This document shows, piece by piece, positions 19,022-26,922 of a stretch of DNA of 64,000 nt (its first letter is position 1; the number at the start of each line of letters is the position of its first letter). The DNA comes from Gaiellales bacterium. GTDB taxonomy: Bacteria; Actinomycetota; Thermoleophilia; Gaiellales; Gaiellaceae. The DNA lies in assembly GCA_038248655.1 (NCBI GenBank), contig JBBRXG010000003.1, positions 14,879 through 78,878 on the forward strand. The letters are read 5' to 3'. Position numbers and translations under genes: made by a program. The notes under the pieces are model-generated. The model ran no database searches. It was not told the origin of the DNA and saw nothing but the letters and a program-made list of their open reading frames with translations.

Positions 19022-19378
19022 CTACCGTCGGGACTGCGATCCCGATCGTCGATGACGCTCCTGAGGGTGATCCCGGTCGATCTGTTCACGCGCCTCACCG
19101 ACCTTCTCGACCACCACGAAGCCGACGTGTTTCTGGACGACCTGCTCGACGTCCGGCTGCACGTGACCCGGAACGACGACGAATCTGTATCGCTGGGACA
19201 GGATCTGCTCATAGAGGACGGGCGGCACGTCGATCTTCTCCAGGCACGGGGTCTTCGCGCATTCGCAGTGGAACGGCATCGGGTCGCCGACGCCATGGAG
19301 CTCGGCTCCCTCCTCGATCTTCCGGTTCACGTCCCGGACGATCTCCTCGTTCCGCGCCGCGCGTTGCGCGAAGTCCAT
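19022..19378 (-). CDS. Hypothetical protein
   Basis: ORF 19022..19411. I prefer the ATG at 19378 (MDFAQRAARNEEIVRDVNRKIEEG...). No family is recognised. Confidence 0.4.
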   Translation of the reverse strand: MDFAQRAARNEEIVRDVNRKIEEGAELHGVGDPMPFHCECAKTPCLEKIDVPPVLYEQILSQRYRFVVVPGHVQPDVEQVVQKHVGFVVVEKVGEAREQIDRDHPQERHRRSGSQSRR

Positions 19379-19478
19379 CCCCTGCCTTGAGATCAACCTG
19401 AGTGGCATCATCTCGCCGTTCCTATTCTCTCTGCCTTCCCGACCGACAGCGCCCCGTCGATCGCTTCCAAGGTGGCGA

Positions 19479-19706
19479 TTAGCGACCCGATCTCACCGGC
19501 TGCGAGCACGTCGAACGGCTGGGGAGCGGAAGCGACATCAGCTCATCGGCGATCTCGGCCGCACGAGGAGCGAGCGCCCGGCCGTTCTTGGAGCGGACGC
19601 CGTGCTTCACGTTGCGGGAGTTGCCCTCCACCTCCGCGGGCGGAGTCAGCGTCTTCGCGTGCCCGGGCCGGGTTCCGTGGCGTGCCATAAGGCGTTGCTT
19701 GCTCAT
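19479..19706 (-). CDS. Hypothetical protein, possible phage/plasmid gene fragment
   Basis: MSKQRLMARHGTRPGHAKTLTPPAEVEGNSRNVKHGVRSKNGRALAPRAAEIADEL... The GNxxNxKHG motif resembles small-terminase-like proteins from memory (unverified). The ORF looks truncated and sits in a lower-GC patch. Confidence 0.3.
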   Translation of the reverse strand: MSKQRLMARHGTRPGHAKTLTPPAEVEGNSRNVKHGVRSKNGRALAPRAAEIADELMSLPLPSRSTCSQPVRSGR

Positions 19707-20141
19707 GACGTCAGCCTGCCGACGCGATCGGACCGTCACGAAGCGCCGCCTCCGGATCACGACGACGAGCTTGGTGTCTTCGGTTCTGAACAATGGCGGC
19801 CTCTAAATCCCTGTCGCTATCGGCTTCTCCGGCGTCGTCTGTTCGGTTCTGAACATCGGCGTTCACCGTGCCCAGGCCGACGCCGAGTGCTTTCGCTGTG
19901 GCCCGCTGCGTCGCCGGCGGCTCGGCCGCTTTGCAATCGCCTCGCAAAACGGCCGCTCCGCGTAAGGTAACGCGTGCTAGCTGGACTAACCACACACCTT
20001 CGAGACGGCTGATTGCGTCCGGACGAAGAGGACAAGCGCGGCGCGACGGGTCGGCATGCGCGCGGTCGGAGAGAGCTGCACCCGCCCTCGTAGGCACGCA
20101 ACATCAGGGCAGCGGCGAAGCCGGAGACTGTGCAGAAGCTG

Positions 20142-20378
20142 CTACCGGACCCGTGGCGGCGCTGTCCCGGGTGGCGGAGGCGGCACCGGCGGTTGCCCGA
20201 TCCCGCTGCGGAAGCGCGCCTGCAGCTCCGCCAAATCGAGTTGTCCGAGCAGGAGGGCGGCGCCGAGGTAGAAGACGACCGCGCCGACGAGGCAGAGGAT
20301 CCCAGCCGCGAAGTCGACGCCGATCCACACAGCGACGAAGGCGAAGCCGAGCGCTGCGGCGAACTGTCCTGGACTCAT
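20142..20378 (-). CDS. Small integral membrane protein (DUF2273-like)
   Basis: 78 aa with two hydrophobic helices and a Pro-rich tail. It is the last gene of the Asp23 operon and has a 4-nt overlap with the upstream gene. Confidence 0.5.
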   Translation of the reverse strand: MSPGQFAAALGFAFVAVWIGVDFAAGILCLVGAVVFYLGAALLLGQLDLAELQARFRSGIGQPPVPPPPPGTAPPRVR

Positions 20379-20986
20379 TTGAGCTCCCTTCGGTGTTTGC
20401 GGTCGAACCCGGTCAGCGTGACGTTGACGGGCATCTGGGGTAGATCGTGCTGGGCGAGCGCAGCGTCGACGCGATCTCGGACGTCGTAGACGGTGCCCGG
20501 AACTTCTCGCGCCTGATCAACGGCGACGCTCACGTTCAACCCGTCCTCTCCGCCGTAGCGTGCCGCTGCGCCGCTAACGGCCGGATGCTGACTTGCCGCG
20601 ACCTCAGCGGCCCGCTCGATCGCGCGCGGCTCGACGCTGACCGTCGTCAGCTCGTCCTCATAGAGGTCGAGGCTGCTGCGTGCGAGATACGGACGGGGGA
20701 TCTTCTTCCACGCGAGATAGGCGCAGAGCAGGAACGTGGCCAAGCCGGCGAGGCCCGCGATCAGGCGTACGCGGTCGGTTATGTCGCCCGCCTCAAGACC
20801 TGCGAAGTAATCGTAGATCGTCCGGTACCCGCTGATCTGGTCGACGCGGCGCGGGGACGCCTTCAACCCGAGCAATGCCAACATTAGGCCGTACCAGACG
20901 AGTGCGCCGCCGGCGACGACAACCAGCAGGTCCCCGAGATAGCCGATTGGGGAGACCCGGATGCGCAGACGCTGGCGCACCATCAC
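20375..20986 (-). CDS. Membrane protein of the AmaP (Asp23 anchor) type
   Basis: 203 aa with two N-terminal TM helices and then a soluble domain. Its position in an Asp23 operon supports the call. The family name is from recollection only. Confidence 0.5.
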   Translation of the reverse strand: MMVRQRLRIRVSPIGYLGDLLVVVAGGALVWYGLMLALLGLKASPRRVDQISGYRTIYDYFAGLEAGDITDRVRLIAGLAGLATFLLCAYLAWKKIPRPYLARSSLDLYEDELTTVSVEPRAIERAAEVAASQHPAVSGAAARYGGEDGLNVSVAVDQAREVPGTVYDVRDRVDAALAQHDLPQMPVNVTLTGFDRKHRRELK

Positions 20987-21585
20987 TGCACCCGTGCACG
21001 CCCCCGCTCGCCCAGTCTTGGGCGCACGCGGGTTCGGAGGTGGAACGCATTGGCGAGCGGCTCGACCGCGCCGCTGACGCGTGTGACGATCTCATTCGGT
21101 GCGCGGTTCCTGGGGTGGAAGGCGGTCACTCGCAGCCCGCCCCCAGTGCGCCAGCGGCTCGACCGAACCCGGGTCTTCGCGAGGCTGACGCCGCGCTCCT
21201 GCTCCGCCAGCGCCGCGGCGATCTGCGTCAGGGGCCGGCGCCGTGCGGCGAGGGTAGATCCTTCCTCCCCATCGAGCACGAGCACGCGCTCGCGACGGGG
21301 TGCCAGCTCTCCCACGAGCACCAGCAGCCCGAGCGCGGCCGCCGCCGCCCCGGCGCCGACCGAGATCCAGGCAGTCGGCCCGCTGCGCTCGAGAGACGAG
21401 AGATAGTCGCCGGCGATGTCCTCGAGTTGGGGCAGCCGGAAGTGGGCTGCGAGCCTTGGGAGGCTGAGTGTATTCGAGTTGCCCTGCAGGGAGAAGATCG
21501 CGGTCGCCAGCCCGAGAGCAGCGAGAGCCACCAAGAGCAGGAAGGCGATCGCGCGCGCCAAGGCGCGGAGCGCGAGAACGATCAC
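20983..21585 (-). CDS. Membrane protein (DUF6286/AmaP-like paralogue)
   Basis: 200 aa with the same two-TM plus soluble-domain layout as the next gene, and 4-nt overlaps on both sides. Confidence 0.45.
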   Translation of the reverse strand: MIVLALRALARAIAFLLLVALAALGLATAIFSLQGNSNTLSLPRLAAHFRLPQLEDIAGDYLSSLERSGPTAWISVGAGAAAAALGLLVLVGELAPRRERVLVLDGEEGSTLAARRRPLTQIAAALAEQERGVSLAKTRVRSSRWRTGGGLRVTAFHPRNRAPNEIVTRVSGAVEPLANAFHLRTRVRPRLGERGRARVQ

Positions 21586-21932
21586 AGAGGTTCTCCCATC
21601 GGTTCGACGTCCTCGATCGAGACGTCGATCGAGCCAACGAGATCTCCGAGCCCTGCTTGCTCCGCTGTCCGGACGATCCGCTCACGAATCAGCTCCGCCA
21701 ACTCGCGAAGCGGCACGGGCCGCGCGATCAGGTGGAGCTCGATCGCGTATCGCCCGTCGGCCTGTGCAGCCGCCACGATCCCGGGCAGGCGCTCGCCGTC
21801 GACCTCGGTGATCCAGACGCCGTTCGGCCCGGCATCGGTGCCGGCGACGTCCGGGACTGCAAGCGAGGCTCCGAGCGCAATCTGCGCCAGCGTGGCACGC
21901 TCCGAGGAGCGCTGCGTCTCGAGCTCAGACAC
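21582..21932 (-). CDS. Asp23/Gls24-family protein (short)
   Basis: 116 aa with an Asp23-like layout (IALGASLAVPDV...YAIELHLIARPVPLRELAELIRERI...IDVSIEDV). Confidence 0.6.
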   Translation of the reverse strand: MSELETQRSSERATLAQIALGASLAVPDVAGTDAGPNGVWITEVDGERLPGIVAAAQADGRYAIELHLIARPVPLRELAELIRERIVRTAEQAGLGDLVGSIDVSIEDVEPMGEPL

Positions 21933-21952
21933 GGTGATCCGGCTGTGACGTG

Positions 21953-22468
21953 CTATTCGACTCGCTGGGGTTCTGGGACCTCGTCGCCCGGGAAGTAAAG
22001 ATCGTCCACCGCGATGTTGACTTCGGTCACCGAGAGACCGGTGATGCCCTCGATGCGCTTGATCAGGTTGTCGCGGACTGCCTGCGCGACTTGGGGGATC
22101 GACTCGCCGTACTCGACGACGATCGTCAGATCGACGGCCGCCTCGCGCTCGCCGACCTCGACCGATACTCCCTGACTGCGCTCGTCACTGATACCGACGC
22201 GCTGGGTGACTGCGCCCATCGCCCGTGACACGCCCCCGCCGAGCTCGTGCACGCCACGCACTTCGCGCGCCGCGATGCCGGCGACCTTCGTGACGACGGT
22301 ATCCGCGATGCTGGTCGAACCGCGCTCGGACTCGAGCGGCGAGGAGGCCTCAATCGACCTCGACGCGGTGGTCTCCTTCGCGGCCGCGGCCCCGCGCGCG
22401 GCGCTCCGGCTGCGACCAGTGCTCGGCGTGGTCTGCTCGCCTCCGATTGTCGTATCGTCTGATCCCAC
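21953..22468 (-). CDS. Asp23/Gls24-family envelope stress protein with a low-complexity N-terminus
   Basis: GTG at 22468 is preceded by AAGGAG. The core reads IADTVVTKVAGIAAREVRGVHELGG...VDLTIVVEYGESIPQVAQAVRDNLIKRIEGITGLSVTEVNIAVDDL. Confidence 0.8.
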   Translation of the reverse strand: MGSDDTTIGGEQTTPSTGRSRSAARGAAAAKETTASRSIEASSPLESERGSTSIADTVVTKVAGIAAREVRGVHELGGGVSRAMGAVTQRVGISDERSQGVSVEVGEREAAVDLTIVVEYGESIPQVAQAVRDNLIKRIEGITGLSVTEVNIAVDDLYFPGDEVPEPQRVE

Positions 22469-22565
22469 GGTCGTCTCCTTTGCGTGCGGCTTGTGGACAT
22501 CGCGGGTCGATGTCTCCTGATCATTTAGAACGAGACATGTGCAAAAAGTTCCGCGGCCGGTGACA

Positions 22566-23258
22566 TTACGGTCGAGGTCGCTCCGCAAGCCGGACCCGTC
22601 TGGGCTCCGGAGTGCTCGGGAAGCCGTACACGTCGTCGACCGCGATGTCGATCTTGCCCGGCTCGAGCCCGGTCACTCTCTCAACCCACCGGACAACGCG
22701 GTCGCGTATGCCAGCCGAGACAACGGGAATCCGTCTCCCGTACTCGATCACGATCCGGATCTGGACGTCGACTCGGTGCCCATCCACGGCGACCGTCACC
22801 CCGCGAGCAGCCATCCCGCCAGGGCTGTTACCGGACACCGCAATCGCCCCGCGCGCGCTGAGCGCGTAAACGCCCGGCGTCTCGCGAGCGATCCGCGCGA
22901 CGAGCCGCGCCACAACCGTGTCGGCGATGCGCGTCACGCCGCCGGGGCCTCCAAGCAGCGCGTGACGGACGAGTCGCGGAACCACGATCTCCAGCGGGAC
23001 GAGCTGGCCGAGCGCCCTTAGCTCGCGCCGGATCCGGCGTACGACGCTCTCGACCAGGCCGGGCGGACGGACGATGGCCTCGCGAGCTACCTCGCGCACA
23101 ATTCCCCAGAGAGGCTCGAGGTGCCGCAATGCCGCCTGACAATGCGGGCAGCTCTCCTGGTGCTTGGCTTCCGCCGGGGGAAGCCCCTCGGCCACCTGAT
23201 CGATCAAGGTTGCCAACTCCACCCCGCAGGGCAGGCGCTCGAGATGGTCGGCGGTCAT
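22566..23258 (-). CDS. Putative zinc-binding (ZAS, HxxxCxxC) anti-sigma factor fused to an Asp23 domain
   Basis: 230 aa. The N-terminus carries H-QES-C-PH-C. The C-terminus reads IADTVVARLVARIARETPGVYAL...VDVQIRIVIEYGRRIPVVSAGIRDRVVRWVERVTGLEPGKIDIAVDDV. No TM segment is seen. There is a 4-nt overlap with the ECF sigma gene. Confidence 0.65.
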   Translation of the reverse strand: MTADHLERLPCGVELATLIDQVAEGLPPAEAKHQESCPHCQAALRHLEPLWGIVREVAREAIVRPPGLVESVVRRIRRELRALGQLVPLEIVVPRLVRHALLGGPGGVTRIADTVVARLVARIARETPGVYALSARGAIAVSGNSPGGMAARGVTVAVDGHRVDVQIRIVIEYGRRIPVVSAGIRDRVVRWVERVTGLEPGKIDIAVDDVYGFPSTPEPRRVRLAERPRP

Positions 23259-23791
23259 TGTTGCTCCCTCATCATCGCCACGAGCTCGAGGCGGGCGCGT
23301 CGGATGCGGCTCTTGACCGCAGGAAGCGAAATCTCGAGGACAGCGCCAATCTCCTGGTAGGTCAGGCCCTCGAATTCGCGGAGCACGAGCGGTGCGCGCT
23401 GCTCGGGGGTCAGGTGCATGATGCTCGTCTTCAGCAAGTCCAGCGCGTCCGCCGTCTCCACGATCTTCCCTGGCTCGCTCCTCGGCGCCTCATGCCCTTC
23501 GGACAGCGGCTCCGTCGGCCGCCGACGCTGGAGCAGGTTCAAGCAGCGGTTCGTGACCACGCGGTAGAGCCAGGTCGCCGTAGAGCTCTCGGCTCGGAAC
23601 GTCGGCAGAGCTTGCCAGGCCTGCACGAGCGCATCTTGCGTCGCATCCTCGGCCTCCGTCGGATTCCCGAGGAGGCGCAGCGCGACTCGGTAGACAGGCA
23701 GCTCGTAGCGTCGAACGAGTGCTTCGAACGCGGCCAGGTCGCCCGTCTGGGCGGCGTGGATGAGGTGAATGTCCTCTGTCTCGCGAACCAT
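23255..23791 (-). CDS. ECF-type RNA polymerase sigma-70 factor
   Basis: 178 aa with region 2 (AFEALVRRYELPVYRVALRLLGNPTEAEDATQDALVQAW) and region 4 (REFEGLTYQEIGAVLEISLPAVKSRIRRAR). Confidence 0.85.
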   Translation of the reverse strand: MVRETEDIHLIHAAQTGDLAAFEALVRRYELPVYRVALRLLGNPTEAEDATQDALVQAWQALPTFRAESSTATWLYRVVTNRCLNLLQRRRPTEPLSEGHEAPRSEPGKIVETADALDLLKTSIMHLTPEQRAPLVLREFEGLTYQEIGAVLEISLPAVKSRIRRARLELVAMMREQQ

Positions 23792-23926
23792 GCCGCGGCG
23801 CTGTCGTACCGAGCGACGGCTACAGCTAACGACGATGTCGCCATCTCTGCTCTGCTGTAATCGCTAGACCGACGAGCTGAGGGCCGAGCCCAGGGGGCAA
23901 GTCGAGCCCGCCCTACGCCAGGGGCC

Positions 23927-24091
23927 TTATTTGCCCTTCAGCTTGTCAGCAACCTTATCGACCGCGCGCTTGGCCTTGGCGCCAGCCTGGTCGACTTTGC
24001 CCTCGCGCTGTAGCTCCTTGTCACCAGTGAGGTCGCCGGCGGCCTCCTTCGCGCGGCCCTTGCCCTCGTCGAGCTTCTCCTTCATGGTCAT
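23927..24091 (-). CDS. CsbD-family stress protein
   Basis: 54 aa: MTMKEKLDEGKGRAKEAAGDLTGDKELQREGKVDQAGAKAKRAVDKVADKLKGK. A GGAAGGA RBS lies upstream. Confidence 0.8.
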   Translation of the reverse strand: MTMKEKLDEGKGRAKEAAGDLTGDKELQREGKVDQAGAKAKRAVDKVADKLKGK

Positions 24092-24201
24092 CCTTCCGTC
24101 GCGTGTCTGGTACCTATTCGACACGCGCTGAGCGCAGAAGTTGCGTGGCGAGCACCGGTCAACCCCGTATGTGCCCTCCGTCCAAGAAGAACCTGAGAAT
24201 G

Positions 24202-24230
24202 GAAAAGCCCCGGCTCTCCCGGGGCTTTTC
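24202..24230 (-). terminator. Intrinsic-terminator-like hairpin downstream of tRNA-Gly (symmetrical, could act in both directions)
   Basis: GAAAAGCCCCGG-CTCTC-CCGGGGCTTTTC: a 12-bp stem with A4/T4 flanks, 4 nt from the tRNA 3' end. Confidence 0.55.
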
Positions 24231-24234
24231 TGTG

Positions 24235-24307
24235 AGCGGGGGACGGGGTTCGAACCCGCGACCCTCAGCTTGGGAAGCTGATGCTCTACCAACTGAGCTA
24301 CCCCCGC
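24235..24307 (-). tRNA. tRNA-Gly (anticodon CCC)
   Basis: Reverse complement GCGGGGGTAGCTCAGTTGGTAGAGCATCAGCTTCCCAAGCTGAGGGTCGCGGGTTCGAACCCCGTCCCCCGCT folds as a cloverleaf, with anticodon loop TTCCCAA. Confidence 0.9.
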
Positions 24308-24344
24308 GCGTCGCCCCCAAGGATAGCGCGGCGCCGCGTGCGAC

Positions 24345-25690
24345 CTACCGGATCGAGACCTGGACGAGCCGGCGAGTGGCGACACCGGCGAGCAGATTGT
24401 CCCCCGGCCTCCGCGCGCGGACGAAGAGGACCAGCGCGGCGCGGCGGATGGGCATCTTCGCGGTCGGGAAGAGCTGGATCGTCGCCCAGCCGTCGGCGCC
24501 GGTGGTCGCCTCGGGGGCGGCGCGCAGCCACGGGTACGGCAGGCCGAGCACGTAGACGAGCGCGCCGCGGACAACGTACCCGCGCGTGTCGATGACGCGG
24601 AACCGTCCGACGAACGCCTGGCGGGAGCTGAGACGGGCCGGGATGAACTTCACCGACGAGACGACGAGCCGCTGGGGCGGGGCGATCATCTCGATGGGCA
24701 GCGACGTCTCGCCAGAGGGGAGCTTGATCGCGCCCGGCGGCAGCGCTGCGGCGACGACCGCGGTCGGCACCGAGGTGGCGAATCCGCTCGTGCCGAACTG
24801 GTTCGTCGCGGCCACCTGGACGCGGATCCGGTCGCCGACGTCGGCACCTCCGAGGAGCTGGGTCTGCGCCGTCCCGATCGTCGTCGAGCAGTTGTTCCCC
24901 GCGCTGTCGCAGCGCAGCCAGCGGAACGAGAAGCGCGAGGGGGCGTTCGACCAGGCACCGGCGGTGGCCGTCAGGTCTGGCCGTCACGGGCGGTGCCGGC
25001 GATCGTCGGCGGGGTGACGATGCCCGGAGCCGCCGGCTGCTCACCGACGACGCCGGTGGGATTGGACACGGCGGCCGTACCGCCATAGCGGTTGCGTGCC
25101 CGGACGACGACCCTGATCGTGGAGCCGATGTCGCCGCGGTCGACCTTGTAGGTGCTGTGGTTGCCGCCGACGTTGCTGCAGTTTGCGCCCCGCGTGTCGC
25201 AGTGTTTCCACTGGTAGCTGAACGAGGTCGGACTGTTTGCCCAGCCACCGTTCGTCGTGGCGAGCGTCTGGCCGTCTCTCGGCGTCCCGGAGATCACCGG
25301 AGCCGCCGTGTTCGCCGGCTGGAGCCCCTTGGCGATCGTCGCCGTCGCGCCGGACAGCGCATTGGCCGAGCCGCTCGAGTTCTGTGCGGTGACCGAGACG
25401 CGGATCCTGTGGCCGATATCGTCGCCCGAGAGCCGGTACGTCTGGCTCTTCGCCCCGTCGATATCGCGGCAGTTGCCTCCGCTCGAGTTGCACCGCCGCC
25501 AGCGGTAGTGGAACGACATCGGCGTCGAGCCCGACCACGACCCGCTCGTCGCGGTCAGCGTGTCCCCCTCGTGATTGCCGCCGGAGATCTTCGGCGGCGC
25601 GGTGTTCGACGGAGCAGCCGTGACCGCGCCCTGCGCCGCGGCTCCGGAGAGGAGCCCGACCAGTGCGAGCACCGAGACGATCTTCCACAT
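24345..25690 (-). pseudogene. Secreted protein with three tandem ~85-aa Cys-containing repeats, interrupted by a 1-nt frameshift near 24975
   Basis: It has a signal peptide (MWKIVSVLALVGLLSGAAAQGA). The repeat G.TLTAT.G.W....F.Y.W.RC...G.NC..I.GA....Y.L...D.G..IRV.V.A.N occurs twice in ORF 24971..25735. The third copy (LTATAGAWSNAPSRFSFRWLRCDSAGNNCSTTIG...) continues in another frame into ORF 24345..24815. Confidence 0.7.
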
Positions 25691-25797
25691 GCTCGCCGTA
25701 TCCCCCGCCCGCTGACTTCGTACCACCCCAAACACAATGCTTACGAGGCCCGTTTGCGACGATAATCCGGGTCAGAGCGAACGACGAGGAGGAACCG

Positions 25798-26889
25798 ATG
25801 GGACACAATCTCGAGGAGACGGCCCGCGCGCTCGTCGCGCCGGGCAAGGGGATCCTCGCCGCCGACGAGAGCGACGGCACGATCAAGAAGCGTTTCGACT
25901 CGATCGGGGTCGACTCGACGGAGGAGACGCGGCGCGCGTACCGCGACCTGCTCTTCACCACCGAGGGCGCCGCCGACCACGTCAGCGGCGTGATCCTCTA
26001 CGACGAGACGATCCGGCAGAGTGCGGCCGACGGCACGCCGTTCCCCCGGCTGCTTGAGCGCCAGGGGATCATTCCGGGGATCAAGGTCGACAAGGGTGCG
26101 AAGGAGCTCGCGAACGCGCCCGGCGAGAAGATCACGGAGGGCCTCGACGGCCTCCGCGAGCGGCTCGGCGAGTACCGGGAGCTCGGGGCCCGGTTCACGA
26201 AGTGGCGGGCGGTGATCACCATCGGCCCCCGGTCGCCGGAGGCGACCCGATCCGCGGGGCCGGGCGACGCGGGCTCCGGCGGCGACGCTTCCAGGCACGC
26301 GATCCCCAGCGAGTACTGCCTGTGGACGAACGCCCACGCGCTCGCCCGGTACGCCGCCCTCTCCCAGGAGGCGGGCCTGGTGCCGATCGTCGAGCCCGAG
26401 GTGCTGATGGACGGCGACCACTCGCTCGAGACGAGCTTCGACGTCACCTCGCGGACGCTGCACGCCGTGTTCACCGAGCTCCGCGACCAGCGGGTCCAGC
26501 TCGAGCAGATGCTGCTGAAGCCGAACATGGTCCTGTCGGGTTACGAGGCGTCGCAGCGGGACGGGGTGCAGGAGGTCGCGGAGGCGACCGTCCGCTGCTT
26601 CCGCCGCCACGTGCCGGCCGCGGTCCCGGGGATCGTGTTCCTCTCCGGCGGCCAGACCGACGAGGACGCGACCGCCCACCTGAATGCGGTGAACGCCACG
26701 GGCCCGCGCCCCTGGGAGCTGTCGTTCTCGTACGGTCGGGCGCTCCAGGCCCCGGCCCTGAAGGCGTGGGCCGGCCAGGCTGCGAACGTCGCCGCCGGCC
26801 AGGCCGCCTACCTCCACCGCGCGACGATGAACGGGCTCGCCCGGTCGGGGTCGTACTCGCCGGACCTGGAGACGAAGGTCGCCGCGTAG
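25798..26889 (+). CDS. fba: Fructose-bisphosphate aldolase, class I
   Basis: The ATG at 25798 follows GAGGAGG. Motifs: GKGILAADESDGTIKKRF, FTKWRAV, IVEPEVLMDGDH, LLKPNM (Schiff-base Lys), SFSYGRALQ. Confidence 0.85.
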   Translation: MGHNLEETARALVAPGKGILAADESDGTIKKRFDSIGVDSTEETRRAYRDLLFTTEGAADHVSGVILYDETIRQSAADGTPFPRLLERQGIIPGIKVDKGAKELANAPGEKITEGLDGLRERLGEYRELGARFTKWRAVITIGPRSPEATRSAGPGDAGSGGDASRHAIPSEYCLWTNAHALARYAALSQEAGLVPIVEPEVLMDGDHSLETSFDVTSRTLHAVFTELRDQRVQLEQMLLKPNMVLSGYEASQRDGVQEVAEATVRCFRRHVPAAVPGIVFLSGGQTDEDATAHLNAVNATGPRPWELSFSYGRALQAPALKAWAGQAANVAAGQAAYLHRATMNGLARSGSYSPDLETKVAA

Positions 26890-26922
26890 CGCTCGAGCAG
26901 CCCTTGGAACGGATGGGCGCCC

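Noticed and set aside
19000-24235. Genomic island integrated at tRNA-Gly, with a direct repeat of the tRNA 3' end as attL/attR.
   Set aside because: I found no second copy of the tRNA-Gly 3' segment (GGGGTTCGAACCCGCGACCC) at lower coordinates. The GGTTCTGAAC repeats at 19.78/19.85 kb only superficially resemble the T-arm. The Asp23/ECF genes have the same GC and codon style as the core genome.
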